Shown here piece after piece: positions 1 to 9,014 of a DNA stretch of 64,000 nt. The stretch is from positions 47,221 to 111,220 of the forward strand of contig JAFYAT010000102.1 of the NCBI GenBank assembly GCA_017540585.1. The letters are read 5' to 3'. The DNA comes from Bacteroidaceae bacterium (GTDB lineage: Bacteria > Bacteroidota > Bacteroidia > Bacteroidales > Bacteroidaceae). The notes below the pieces were generated by a model that worked only from the letters and a program-made list of their open reading frames with translations, had not been told where the DNA came from and made no database searches. Made by a program: the position numbers and the translations under genes. Numbering within the stretch: the stretch's first letter is position 1; each line of letters opens with the position of its first letter.

Positions 1-69
1 TTCTGTATCACCACATGATAACAGGATTGACGTGAAAAGTATTATTACTATGACGTATAAATGTTTCAT
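1..69 (-). CDS. N-terminal fragment of a lipoprotein; the gene runs off the window start
   Basis: The reverse strand has ATG at 67-69, then MKHLYVIVIILFTSILLSCGDTE in frame to the window edge. This is a hydrophobic signal plus an L-S-C lipobox. It lies 112 nt downstream of the S8 peptidase stop on the same strand. It is absent from the ORF track because it is truncated. Confidence 0.4.
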   Translation of the reverse strand, partial: MKHLYVIVIILFTSILLSCGDTE

Positions 70-123
70 ATTAGTTGTATTTTAGAGTTAATAGGTTTAG
101 TTTAGTTTTATTGTTGTAAGTAT

Positions 124-156
124 AGAAGCGAAGACGATTTTTTCGTCTTCACTTCT
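124..156 (-). terminator. Hairpin between the S8 peptidase and the downstream lipoprotein gene
   Basis: GAAGACGA (130-137) pairs with TCGTCTTC (143-150) around a TTTTT loop, extended by AGAAG/CTTCT. There is no clear U-tract on the minus strand, so a terminator role is uncertain. Confidence 0.3.
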
Positions 157-181
157 AAGCAAACAAGCAAAAAGAAAAATA

Positions 182-3100
182 TCAATATTTATCACAGGAA
201 ACAAGAACTCCATCGACATAAAGCAACACATTAACAAATTTGCAGTCTCTGAAGTTTCCTTCGATAGAGCAATTTGTTGAAGACAAAGAGAGTTTTTTGA
301 CGTAACGCATTGTTCCATCAATATCAGTAACAACTACGTATGCTGTTTTAGCTTCTTTTCCCAAATCATACGTAATATTAACACTATTGTTGTATTTTAC
401 TACCCTCTTTATTGCACTACTTCTTGATATGTGAATATCTGTCTTACTCATCTCATGTCCATTTAGACACAAGCTGATTGTATAATCACCATCTTCCCAA
501 TCTGTACAATCAAACATCTCTGAACCAAATTCGCATTCTTCAGAATCCACATACCTTCTGATTGTACCATCGATGTTGTTTCCATTCGTATAGACAGCAT
601 CTTTCAACGCAAGCTTTACGTCAGATTTAGTCTTTTTGCTTATTTCGATATATGCATCTTTACTCAAACTTGGTATTTGATACATAACATTTAGTTTCTG
701 CTGATTTTTCTGTATTGATGCGAAAACATTAGACGAAGAATCTATCGCTGTCATTGCAACACACCTACCATTTTCAAACAAAGCAAAAACAACATCATTT
801 GTATTGAAATATTTTTTTTCAATCAAATAATCACCATAATCTGTCATATCAACGTTGTCTGAATATATTGGCGAAGCATTGAATCCTTTCTTGCAAAACT
901 CCGATGATTTATACATTCTCAGCTCGCCTTTCGTATTTCTGTCAGAAAACTTAAAATTAACTACGATATATTCACCTTTAATTTTTGCATCAAGTTTTGG
1001 TTGCCGGCCAACATGATTAAGCATGACAGTATCTATTATATTCTTATTACCATATTTAATTTCAATATAATATTTGCCACGTTCCCAATAATCTGTATTA
1101 AAAGACAATGTGTCATTATAATTTTTGATAATCTCACGTGCTACTTCTTTTGGGTAAACCTTGTTAAGACATGATACAGAAACTGTACATGGACATACAA
1201 AAGTCTTAAAATTCACAAAAAGTTTATTGTAATAATCATCATGCTTTAATGTCAACTCTGGAGCAACTATTGCTTTAATACCAGCAAGAGCATCTATCTT
1301 TCCATTGCCAAAGTGCGATGCATTCTCTCCATTGGTAAATTTATCTTTTATTGCAGTATATTTCATTATGTTTTTAACGTCAGAAGTCGTCAAAGAGAGT
1401 CCCAATTCTGTTGCAGCTTGAAGCCATAGAGCAACAATACCAGAGACAATAGGTGTTGCCATAGACGTTCCGGTCATACTTCCATAAGGATTTCCCTTGT
1501 CAGAATTCATCAGATAATGTTGTGTACCATCAAGAAAACCACCATCTTTATGATACTTATTAACAGCAGCTACGACAATTGTACCTGGTGCTGTAATCCA
1601 CGGAATCATTTGCCCTGTAACTCCACAACCTGATTTCTGATATCCTGATGCATCAGTAATATCACCTATAGTGTATTTATAAGAATAATCATGAACTATG
1701 CCTGAATAATCTTTTATGACATTTTTTGACACATAGGCTCCTACTGTGATAATATTTGGATAAGTAGCTTCATCACTAACAGAAGAATCATCACTCCCCC
1801 TTACCCATGTATAACCATCTGTTGATAAATTGTCAGAAAAATAGCACTTATATCCCCCCCATACATCAATAGTTGCAGAGCCTTTTACGGGATAAAATTG
1901 AACAGCAAGCACATAATCACTCTTATAAAACGTAACTCCGTCTTTTTCCATCGGAGTTTTACGTCTTGTTTTAATATTAGCTCGAAGCACGATTTGATTT
2001 TTTCCAGATTCATAATGATCATAGTCAACTAATATTACTCCCTCATAATATTTATTGTTATTAAGACTTAATACTATTTGATTTGTTTCCTTTTTCTTTT
2101 GTACATTTATACAGTCCAACAAATTTCCCGTATTAGAATCAAGAATTAAAATATTACAAGCAAAATCGCTACCAATTACAGAACGCATACAAGCATTTGC
2201 TATTATGCCAGAATAACTACACCCACCATCCAAGTTATCTGAATCTTTTGAATACAACACAGAACCTAAAGGTTGAGAAGCAGATGCCGTTCCTGAAATG
2301 TAGTACCCTCCATTCTGTTTACCCATTCCTGCCAAATTGTGAGATGCAAAAAGACATATATGATTTAAATTCTTTTCTCCAAAATATTGTGCAATTACAT
2401 CTGCCAGGCTTCCAGTTCCATCATGAGGACCATTATAATGTCCCCAACTATTATTTATGACAACAGGTTTATTAACAGAATCTGCATAGTCACAAATGTA
2501 TTTTATAGCATTAGCAACACCAACATTATTATAATCTATAAGACCTGCAAGGTACAAATCCACACCAGGCGCAATACCTCCGTATGTAGCTTTTTCATGG
2601 TTGTCAGTCACGGAAACAATATCTCCATTTATGATAACACTTGAACCTCCAGCAGTTGAAGCCGTATGAGTTCCATGATCTTTATTTTCATTGTCAGTTT
2701 CTGGTTCTGTTTCACTAATGCTTGTATATATTTTATCATTGTTTTTACCCTCGTAAATATAAGCTCCCTTAATACGTGAATTACCATATTTATCTTTAAA
2801 AGCTATATGCTGAAAATCAATACCATTATCGATGACACCAAGAATAACACCTTTACCATCATAGTGCTTCTTTAGCCCCACCAATTGTGCATTTGGAGAA
2901 TATGTAAGAATGTCATTTGTATTTGTCACAACACGTGCAGAATCTGACGCAGGGTGCATGATAGATGCAACTTCAATACAATTAACATTTGATATACTTG
3001 CAACAGATTCTACAGAATCAACTGGGATGTTTGCAGTAATAATACCATCTTTAAATCTACACATAACCCGTACTCCCTTTGTTTCAAGCTCGTATATCTT

Positions 3101-3391
3101 AGAATCATCATTTACCCGAATAAACGCTGCAATGTAACTGATACCATTATTTTCCTTAGAAGCAGCATAAATTCTGTTTTCATCATCATAATAATCTTGA
3201 AACGCTTCTGTCTGACTCTGCGCTGGTGCCTTTGCTGCGGAAGAAAGCTTTCTGTGCACAGCATACTTACTATCACGATCAAGCAAAAATAACTGTGTAG
3301 TAATTGACAACTTATTACTGATGTTACTTTGTGCAAAAAGAACAGTATGCACAGACATCAAGAAAAATACTAATAAAGATTTTTTTAGCAT
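182..3391 (-). CDS. Secreted subtilisin-family (S8) serine peptidase, 1069 aa, with a large insertion and a long C-terminal extension
   Basis: Signal peptide MLKKSLLVFFLMSVHTVLFAQ. Subtilase triad motifs are GVIDNGID (Asp), HGTHTAS (His) and GTSMATP (Ser). About 400 aa separate the His and Ser motifs. A roughly 350-aa Cys-containing C-terminal region follows the catalytic domain. No T9SS-like tail is seen. Confidence 0.9.
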   Translation of the reverse strand: MLKKSLLVFFLMSVHTVLFAQSNISNKLSITTQLFLLDRDSKYAVHRKLSSAAKAPAQSQTEAFQDYYDDENRIYAASKENNGISYIAAFIRVNDDSKIYELETKGVRVMCRFKDGIITANIPVDSVESVASISNVNCIEVASIMHPASDSARVVTNTNDILTYSPNAQLVGLKKHYDGKGVILGVIDNGIDFQHIAFKDKYGNSRIKGAYIYEGKNNDKIYTSISETEPETDNENKDHGTHTASTAGGSSVIINGDIVSVTDNHEKATYGGIAPGVDLYLAGLIDYNNVGVANAIKYICDYADSVNKPVVINNSWGHYNGPHDGTGSLADVIAQYFGEKNLNHICLFASHNLAGMGKQNGGYYISGTASASQPLGSVLYSKDSDNLDGGCSYSGIIANACMRSVIGSDFACNILILDSNTGNLLDCINVQKKKETNQIVLSLNNNKYYEGVILVDYDHYESGKNQIVLRANIKTRRKTPMEKDGVTFYKSDYVLAVQFYPVKGSATIDVWGGYKCYFSDNLSTDGYTWVRGSDDSSVSDEATYPNIITVGAYVSKNVIKDYSGIVHDYSYKYTIGDITDASGYQKSGCGVTGQMIPWITAPGTIVVAAVNKYHKDGGFLDGTQHYLMNSDKGNPYGSMTGTSMATPIVSGIVALWLQAATELGLSLTTSDVKNIMKYTAIKDKFTNGENASHFGNGKIDALAGIKAIVAPELTLKHDDYYNKLFVNFKTFVCPCTVSVSCLNKVYPKEVAREIIKNYNDTLSFNTDYWERGKYYIEIKYGNKNIIDTVMLNHVGRQPKLDAKIKGEYIVVNFKFSDRNTKGELRMYKSSEFCKKGFNASPIYSDNVDMTDYGDYLIEKKYFNTNDVVFALFENGRCVAMTAIDSSSNVFASIQKNQQKLNVMYQIPSLSKDAYIEISKKTKSDVKLALKDAVYTNGNNIDGTIRRYVDSEECEFGSEMFDCTDWEDGDYTISLCLNGHEMSKTDIHISRSSAIKRVVKYNNSVNITYDLGKEAKTAYVVVTDIDGTMRYVKKLSLSSTNCSIEGNFRDCKFVNVLLYVDGVLVSCDKY

Positions 3392-3654
3392 ATAGTTTTG
3401 GTTTTAGGTTACTACTACTCGCATATAACATACGAGATTTTTCTATGGCTTAGAGTATCAATCGTGGTATAATTTTAATATCACAATTAGAGCATCATAG
3501 TTTAGTCATGGCAAAAGTACAACATATTTCCGAATAAGCAAAAAGATTATTGATGTAATTTTCAGGAAGTGGTATTTTTCCATACATTCGATCATTTAAC
3601 AGCTATTAAACACTCGTTAAACAACTGTTTAAAAATAACATACCGGTTAAAATA

Positions 3655-3689
3655 ATTGGAGCGTCCCGTACAGTATGGGACGCTCCAAT
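3655..3689 (-). terminator. Stem-loop downstream of the HU-related gene
   Basis: A 13-bp perfect stem, ATTGGAGCGTCCC (3655-3667) with GGGACGCTCCAAT (3677-3689), and a 9-nt loop. It lies 23 nt past the stop at 3712. The minus-strand tail is AT-rich (AATTATTTTAAC). Confidence 0.6.
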
Positions 3690-3711
3690 ACGTTTGTGTT
3701 AAGAGAGTTGT

Positions 3712-4254
3712 TTAGAATCCGCCATTGTCATCACCAGAACCTGAGGTGCCACCACCCTGGTTACCACCGCCGCCAGTGTTGCCACCCTGTGATGAAGAAC
3801 CACCACCGCCCATAGCATCTGTGTAAGCCTTGATGGATGGATAGTCCTTGCCACCTGCACGCACACCTGCGTTCTCATAAGTGATGCTGTTCATGATTGT
3901 AGAACGGATGTCAGGTTTAGGTCTGAACAGGATACGTGGAGAGTTAATCATCGTACGTGCATTGAACTTCTCTGGAGATTCTGCACCATCTGACTTGAAT
4001 GAAAGACGGAGAGTTCCGATGTTAGGAATCTCTACAGAACGTCCCATAAGGAGCATCTGCATTGCATACTGACTGAACTGCTCAATGGCTGCCTCCATTT
4101 CCTTTGGAGTGATTGCCATACCCACTGATGCGTTCTTGGCAAACTGTGCTGTGCTCAGTGCACGTTCTGATACTGGCTTGGCATAATACTTCACGGTCTG
4201 ATCCTGCTTGTTCATAGGATTAGCCTTTCTCTCAATAATCTTGTACTTAGACAT
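3712..4254 (-). CDS. HU-related (Bacteroidota HU_rel/HU-HIG type) DNA-binding protein with a Gly-rich C-terminal tail
   Basis: 180 aa. The core (KYYAKPV...AQFAKNAS...IEQFSQYAMQMLLMGRSVEIPNIGTLRLSF) resembles the Bacteroidota-specific histone-like family. The C-terminus is GGGGSSSQGGNTGGGGNQGGGTSGSGDDNGGF. Confidence 0.8.
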   Translation of the reverse strand: MSKYKIIERKANPMNKQDQTVKYYAKPVSERALSTAQFAKNASVGMAITPKEMEAAIEQFSQYAMQMLLMGRSVEIPNIGTLRLSFKSDGAESPEKFNARTMINSPRILFRPKPDIRSTIMNSITYENAGVRAGGKDYPSIKAYTDAMGGGGSSSQGGNTGGGGNQGGGTSGSGDDNGGF

Positions 4255-4312
4255 AATTTAGTACGTTTTTAAAGGTTAATTAATTAATTTACAATACAGA
4301 CGAAGGTAAAAA

Positions 4313-4320
4313 CAAATATA
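4313..4320 (-). promoter_or_regulatory. Candidate Bacteroidota -7 box (TATATTTG on the minus strand) for the HU-related gene
   Basis: The plus strand CAAATATA is the reverse complement of TAnnTTTG. It lies 59 nt upstream of the ATG at 4254. Confidence 0.5.
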
Positions 4321-4348
4321 ATGCAACGGGCTTCCAATAACACGTCCA

Positions 4349-4455
4349 ACGGACTAATGATAGTCACTCGACGGACTAATGTTAGTCACTACTACGGACT
4401 AATGATAGTCGCCACTACGGACTAATGTTAGTCGAATTACGGACTAATGATAGTC
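4349..4455. repeat. Five tandem copies of ACGGACTAATG(A/T)TAGTC, each holding the inverted repeat GACTA-N4-TAGTC
   Basis: Copies start at 4349, 4371, 4394, 4417 and 4439 (spacing 22, 23, 23, 22 bp). The central tetranucleotide alternates ATGA/ATGT. The array begins 29 bp upstream of the candidate -7 box of the HU-related gene. Confidence 0.9.
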
Positions 4456-4680
4456 GTTTTCACTTGTTTTCAGGCGTTCGTTTTGTTATACTATTTTGTC
4501 TCGTCTGACGCAGGCAAATATAGATATTATTACAATTCGTTATCACTTTCCTCAGCATATATTTTCCCTGTTTAACACTATTTAAACTTTGACTGGGTAT
4601 AATAATACCTTATGCGACATCAAAGCAAATCTGCATACTGTTTCAATATTCCACATTGTCCTTTGTGTCCTCTGTGTTTA

Positions 4681-4723
4681 GAAAGTAAAATGCCATCCGA
4701 GTACCATGTGACCCGGATGGCAT
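4681..4723 (-). terminator. Rho-independent-type terminator for the PL11 gene
   Basis: ATGCCATCCG (4690-4699) pairs with CGGATGGCAT (4714-4723). On the minus strand it is followed by TTTTACTTTC. Confidence 0.6.
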
Positions 4724-4734
4724 GTTAATTATAG

Positions 4735-4766
4735 GCCCCTCCTAACCTCCCACGAGGGGGAGGGAC
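4735..4766. repeat. GC-rich C-tract/G-tract palindromic element (REP-like, related family)
   Basis: GCCCCTCCTAACCTCCCACGAGGGGGAGGGAC lies immediately 3' of the PL11 stop. CCTCCC/GGGAGG pairing is possible. It is similar in style to the elements at 38965, 45967, 46047 and 55293. Confidence 0.6.
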
Positions 4767-4781
4767 TTAGTTACATGGAAA

Positions 4782-7700
4782 TCAGAAACGAATCTTCATA
4801 GCCTTGCCATTGCCTTTCTTGACAATATATACCTGTCCCTTGACTGGTTCAGAAACCTTCTGACCTGACAATGTGAAGTAGGTTGTTGGAGTCTCGTCAG
4901 GCTCAAGGTCGTCAATGCCTGTTGCCTCAGATGCAATGTCGAGGTCCTCGATAACGTCACGAACACGAGTGTTGTAAGAGATGAGACTTACGAGGCTGAT
5001 ATTGTCGTATGCCACATGAGTATAGTAGCGTCCGAGGTTTGTTACGATTGAGAGAACAGGAGTTGTACCAGTGCTAAGCTGAGCATTGTTGATGACTACC
5101 TGTCCGTTTGCATTTGTAACTGTGAGGTGTACGCCACGTGAGCTGCCGACAATCTTGAAGTGATTCCATAATGATGGAACGAGACCTGCATTGATTGTTG
5201 AACGGCTATAGCCCTCACATGGGATAGAACCAAGGTTAGCACCACTTGCATTTGTGACTGTAGCTGATGTAGCGTATGAACCGAAGTTGATGCTGCAGAG
5301 TACAGCTCCGTTGCGAGTGTTGACTACGATAGATGATGGGTTCTGGTTACCGCTAATCATAGCCACGTCGAACTCGAATGTGTAGCTTGTTGCACTTGTG
5401 AAGTAGCCGTTGCCGTTGAAGTCGAGGTTGACTGTACGGTTGTTGTTGCTTCCCTGATAGATGTGGAATACCTTACCGCCGTGACCATTAGCCTGAGCAA
5501 GTGTCTCAACACCACCAGCTGCCATTGCGAAGCCGTAGTTGTTTGAGCTGCCTGCCTCGAAATCCTGGAAGTAAACGCGCTCATATCCATAGCCTGAACC
5601 ACCAATCTTGAGGTAGAGCACACCATTCTCCACTACGAGTGACTTAGTGAGTCCGCTTGATGTAGTGAGGTTGCCCTCAAGGATAATGTTGCCGAGGCTG
5701 CCTGATACATTACCGATAGTACCAAGGCGATACTTACCAGCACCAAGAGTTGAAGGAGCGTTGAACTGGAATACTGGAGCGAGGTAACGAGGACCATACT
5801 GCCAGTTCTGCTTGCGGATTGTGAGAGTACCAATATTGAGTTGGTCACCAGCATTGTTGTCTGCGCCGTTGATATCGAATACTACTCGTGAACCTTCCTT
5901 AACAGAGAGTTCATTGACTGTCATGTGAGCATAACCATTGTCGTTAACAAATGGAGTGCTCTTAGCCTGACTGCTGATATAGAGTGCAGAACCGTACTCC
6001 ATAGTGATTGACTTGTATGTGCTTACTGCAGCATCAAGAGAATTACCGAGGAAGAGCTCTGTGTGGATGTTTGCCCAGATTGGTGAGTTAGGCACGCTAC
6101 CGTTACAGATGAGGGCACCCTGCCATACGTCTGTCTTACCAGAGTGGCTGTGAGTGACATAAGGAAGATGAGCAGCAGATGAACCCTGCTTACAGAGGTT
6201 TGTTGTACCAGAGAGACCTGAGCCACGGAGCCAGATACGGTCCCAAGTGTGCTTTGTCTCAGTATAGTTGACACGGTCACCACCCTCGACTGTTGTACGT
6301 GAGTTGAGGTAGAGAGTGTAAGGCTGTGCACCGCTGTTGATGTTCACGTAATACTGTGAGCCGTTGCCATCAGGCCAGATGAACACGTCACGACCATTGA
6401 GGGCAGTTGTGATTGAACCGTTGTTGCCGATGCCTGTACGTCCTGTCCATGTCATTGGAGGTGGAGCCTGAGTGAGTCCCTCAAGTTCGCCAACGAAGTA
6501 GCTTGTGTGAGGTGGCTGGTTGTAGCCCTCTGTCTGCCATACCATACCCTGACGATAGACGTGGTCGTACCAGAGGCAAGGCATACGGTGCTGAGTAGGA
6601 GTAACAGTAGTATAAACACGGATGAAGCGGTTGTCGGATGTACGCATCACGAGTTCCTCACGCCAGTCGCCGAGGATATCGCCCTGAGCACATGGATTCT
6701 TCTTTGTCCAGTTGATACAAGCAGTCTGGTAGTTGCCATGACCTGTGTCATAGATACGCTGACCGTTCTTGTCGATGAAGAGATAGCCCTCGCTTGAACC
6801 AGGACCGTTGACAGACTCATCAAGAAGGTCGCCGTCCCAGTAGATACGGAAGTTGAGGGCAGCAGGACTTGGAGTCTGTGCATTCCAGTTGTTTGTCCAA
6901 CCATTGATTACACGGTCAGAAGCAAGTGAGATGACACCTGATGAAGCAGACATACCGATACATCCTGGGTAATCGTTTGTGAAGTTACCAGCCATTGCAC
7001 GACCGTCATCACCACCAGAACTGTGACGATAATAAATCTGACAAGTGTTGGCGTTACGGTAGTTATGTCCTCCATGCTCCTCAAGACAAGCGAATGTCTC
7101 AAGACCCTTGCGGAATGGGTCAAGGTCACCTGTGTGTGAAGCGTCACCATGTCCAAGACCTGTAGAAGAACAGCCGTGGAGAGAGTTATCGCCAGTATGG
7201 AAGTCAAGAACCATTGAACCGTAGATAATCTCATCGCTACCGTCCTCGTCAGCATCAGCAATGGCAAAGTTATGGTTACCCTGACCGTACCAGCCAGAGT
7301 TGTTATAGCTGTGCCATGTGTTGCCTACCTTATATAATTTGTTTGTGCTCTTGTTCACACGGTAAGTACAAGCATCAATCTTTGTGTAGATACCACGTCC
7401 AAGGAAGATGTAAGGGTTAACAGCATCAAGATAAGGTGCTCCCATGAAGTACTTGCTTGAACGGTGACCGTAGGCGTCGCCCCAGTCGCTTGCATTGCCA
7501 CGTGGAAGTGGATAAGGAATGACGTCGTATGTGCGTCCTGTACGTCCATCGATGTACATGAGCCACTCTTCGCCAGAGTTAGTGAACGTCATGTTGGCTG
7601 TATGAGTGATGTTGCCACGGATATTCTCGTTCACATTACCGATAGTCTCGGTAGTACCGTCTGAATGATGAATGACAGTATTGGCACCACCACGGTAGAG

Positions 7701-8402
7701 AACCTCGGCAGAACCATCCTCGTTCCAGTCGAACGCAACAGCATCCCACTGTTCATCAGCTCCGTAACAGATATTAGGACCACAGTCAATCCACCAGAGA
7801 CGACCGTAGTTGCGTGAAGAAGCGTAGCACTCAATCTGACAGTACATCTGATAGTTGTTCGTTGGGAACAAGTTATCAGCATCCGTCTGGTTCTTACGCT
7901 TTACGATGAAGTCAATCTTTCCATCGCCATCAACATCGCCGAGCGAAATATCATTTATGGTATAGTTAGCCATTGCAGAGCCTGGGTCGTTCTGCTTCCA
8001 CACAGTAACACCACTACGAGCCTGCACATTTGAAACCGGGAACTCAAGATACTGCTTATCCCATGTAGATACTGCAGCACATTGTGCTCCCACAACGCCC
8101 TTGCGGACAGGGGCAACCGTGTAACGGCTTGACAAGCTTCCGCCTCCATCCGTATAGTTGGAAGCATAAAGGTTCTGAGCAACGAGAGCACCGTCACGAT
8201 AGAGGTTGTACCTCACGTCGTAGTACTCATCTGCCTGTACTCGCCAGCTGACGAATACACCACTGTTCTGCTTAACTGCGACAAGACCGCGGTCAAGCTG
8301 ATCTGTCTTTCTCTGTGCCATAGCATCACCTGATGCCATAAATGAAGCGACAAATGCCATTGCGCCCACAAACTTAGCACATGTTGATTTAGAAACCATC
8401 AT
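4782..8402 (-). CDS. Polysaccharide lyase family 11-like rhamnogalacturonan lyase with a long C-terminal extension and a T9SS sorting tail
   Basis: 1206 aa with a signal peptide. N-terminal LDRGLVAV...GVFVSWR...YNLYRDG module. Ca-type DxDGDG motifs (DVDGDGKIDFIV, DADEDGSDEIIYGSMVLD) as in YesW/YesX-type PL11. About 550 extra residues follow the propeller. The last ~40 aa (YFTLSGQKVSEPVKGQVYIVKKGNGKAMKIRF) resemble a T9SS type-A CTD. Confidence 0.8.
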   Translation of the reverse strand: MMVSKSTCAKFVGAMAFVASFMASGDAMAQRKTDQLDRGLVAVKQNSGVFVSWRVQADEYYDVRYNLYRDGALVAQNLYASNYTDGGGSLSSRYTVAPVRKGVVGAQCAAVSTWDKQYLEFPVSNVQARSGVTVWKQNDPGSAMANYTINDISLGDVDGDGKIDFIVKRKNQTDADNLFPTNNYQMYCQIECYASSRNYGRLWWIDCGPNICYGADEQWDAVAFDWNEDGSAEVLYRGGANTVIHHSDGTTETIGNVNENIRGNITHTANMTFTNSGEEWLMYIDGRTGRTYDVIPYPLPRGNASDWGDAYGHRSSKYFMGAPYLDAVNPYIFLGRGIYTKIDACTYRVNKSTNKLYKVGNTWHSYNNSGWYGQGNHNFAIADADEDGSDEIIYGSMVLDFHTGDNSLHGCSSTGLGHGDASHTGDLDPFRKGLETFACLEEHGGHNYRNANTCQIYYRHSSGGDDGRAMAGNFTNDYPGCIGMSASSGVISLASDRVINGWTNNWNAQTPSPAALNFRIYWDGDLLDESVNGPGSSEGYLFIDKNGQRIYDTGHGNYQTACINWTKKNPCAQGDILGDWREELVMRTSDNRFIRVYTTVTPTQHRMPCLWYDHVYRQGMVWQTEGYNQPPHTSYFVGELEGLTQAPPPMTWTGRTGIGNNGSITTALNGRDVFIWPDGNGSQYYVNINSGAQPYTLYLNSRTTVEGGDRVNYTETKHTWDRIWLRGSGLSGTTNLCKQGSSAAHLPYVTHSHSGKTDVWQGALICNGSVPNSPIWANIHTELFLGNSLDAAVSTYKSITMEYGSALYISSQAKSTPFVNDNGYAHMTVNELSVKEGSRVVFDINGADNNAGDQLNIGTLTIRKQNWQYGPRYLAPVFQFNAPSTLGAGKYRLGTIGNVSGSLGNIILEGNLTTSSGLTKSLVVENGVLYLKIGGSGYGYERVYFQDFEAGSSNNYGFAMAAGGVETLAQANGHGGKVFHIYQGSNNNRTVNLDFNGNGYFTSATSYTFEFDVAMISGNQNPSSIVVNTRNGAVLCSINFGSYATSATVTNASGANLGSIPCEGYSRSTINAGLVPSLWNHFKIVGSSRGVHLTVTNANGQVVINNAQLSTGTTPVLSIVTNLGRYYTHVAYDNISLVSLISYNTRVRDVIEDLDIASEATGIDDLEPDETPTTYFTLSGQKVSEPVKGQVYIVKKGNGKAMKIRF

Positions 8403-8645
8403 TTTGGTTAAGGTTTAAGTAAAAATTGGTTGATATAAAAATGATTATTAATAATATTACATCGGCAATGGTTAGTATTACCTCCGTAACGGTTAGTTTA
8501 CATTCGTTCAGATTGAATTTATTCTTGAGTTGTCAAATAGCAAAAAATGTGAAAGTCATATTTGTCAAACCTAAATGCCTGGATAATATCAAGTGTTTCA
8601 CTCAAAGCAGTCAACTACTTTTCTCCACAATTGTCCTAAAGTTCA

Positions 8646-8698
8646 TAGTCAGTACTTAGTCAGTAGTTCGTCAGTACTTAGTCAGTACTTTGTCTATA
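8646..8698. repeat. 11-bp tandem array, unit CTTAGTCAGTA
   Basis: GTCAGTA occurs at 8648, 8659, 8670 and 8681, then a degenerate GTCTATA at 8692. The 20-mer AGTCAGTACTTAGTCAGTAG (8647-8666) is identical to 60762-60781. Confidence 0.9.
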
Positions 8699-9014
8699 CT
8701 TCTTCTATGCAATCACTTGTTCAATATTTCCCTAAGGTTATTCAAAAGTTCAACTACCTAATCACATCACCTATTGTGTACAACTATTACTTGTAAGATT
8801 GATGCGACAAATATAAGCTGTTAACCATTTAACAAGAAATAAGTGTCGATTCAACAATAAAATAATCCATTAAAAAAAACACCATATTACAATAAAATAG
8901 CACATATAGTCACTTAATAACATCCCAAATGAGTATTTTTTCCCGTATCATCTTGTCCAATCAAAAACTTTTTCGTTTATTTGCACTATCAAGAATACAA
9001 ACAAGAAGTTATAA

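Noticed and set aside
97-333. A 78-aa ORF overlapping the 3' end of the S8 peptidase gene in another frame.
   Set aside because: It overlaps the supported 1069-aa frame and a hairpin region, and has no signal or domain features.
4349-4455. CRISPR-array interpretation of the tandem repeats here and at 8646, 39544, 41070 and 60761.
   Set aside because: The periods are 11 or 22-23 bp with no unique ~30-bp spacers, the repeats are contiguous or nearly so, and no cas genes are present.
5357-8197. Many 60-120-aa ORFs in alternative frames inside the PL11 gene (for example 5357-5626, 6023-6331, 6908-7267, 7631-7882).
   Set aside because: All lie within a 1206-aa ORF that has clear PL11 motifs. Their translations are low-complexity (Ser/Thr/Val/Leu-rich) with no starts supported by promoters. 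They are typical frame artefacts of a long GC-richer gene.
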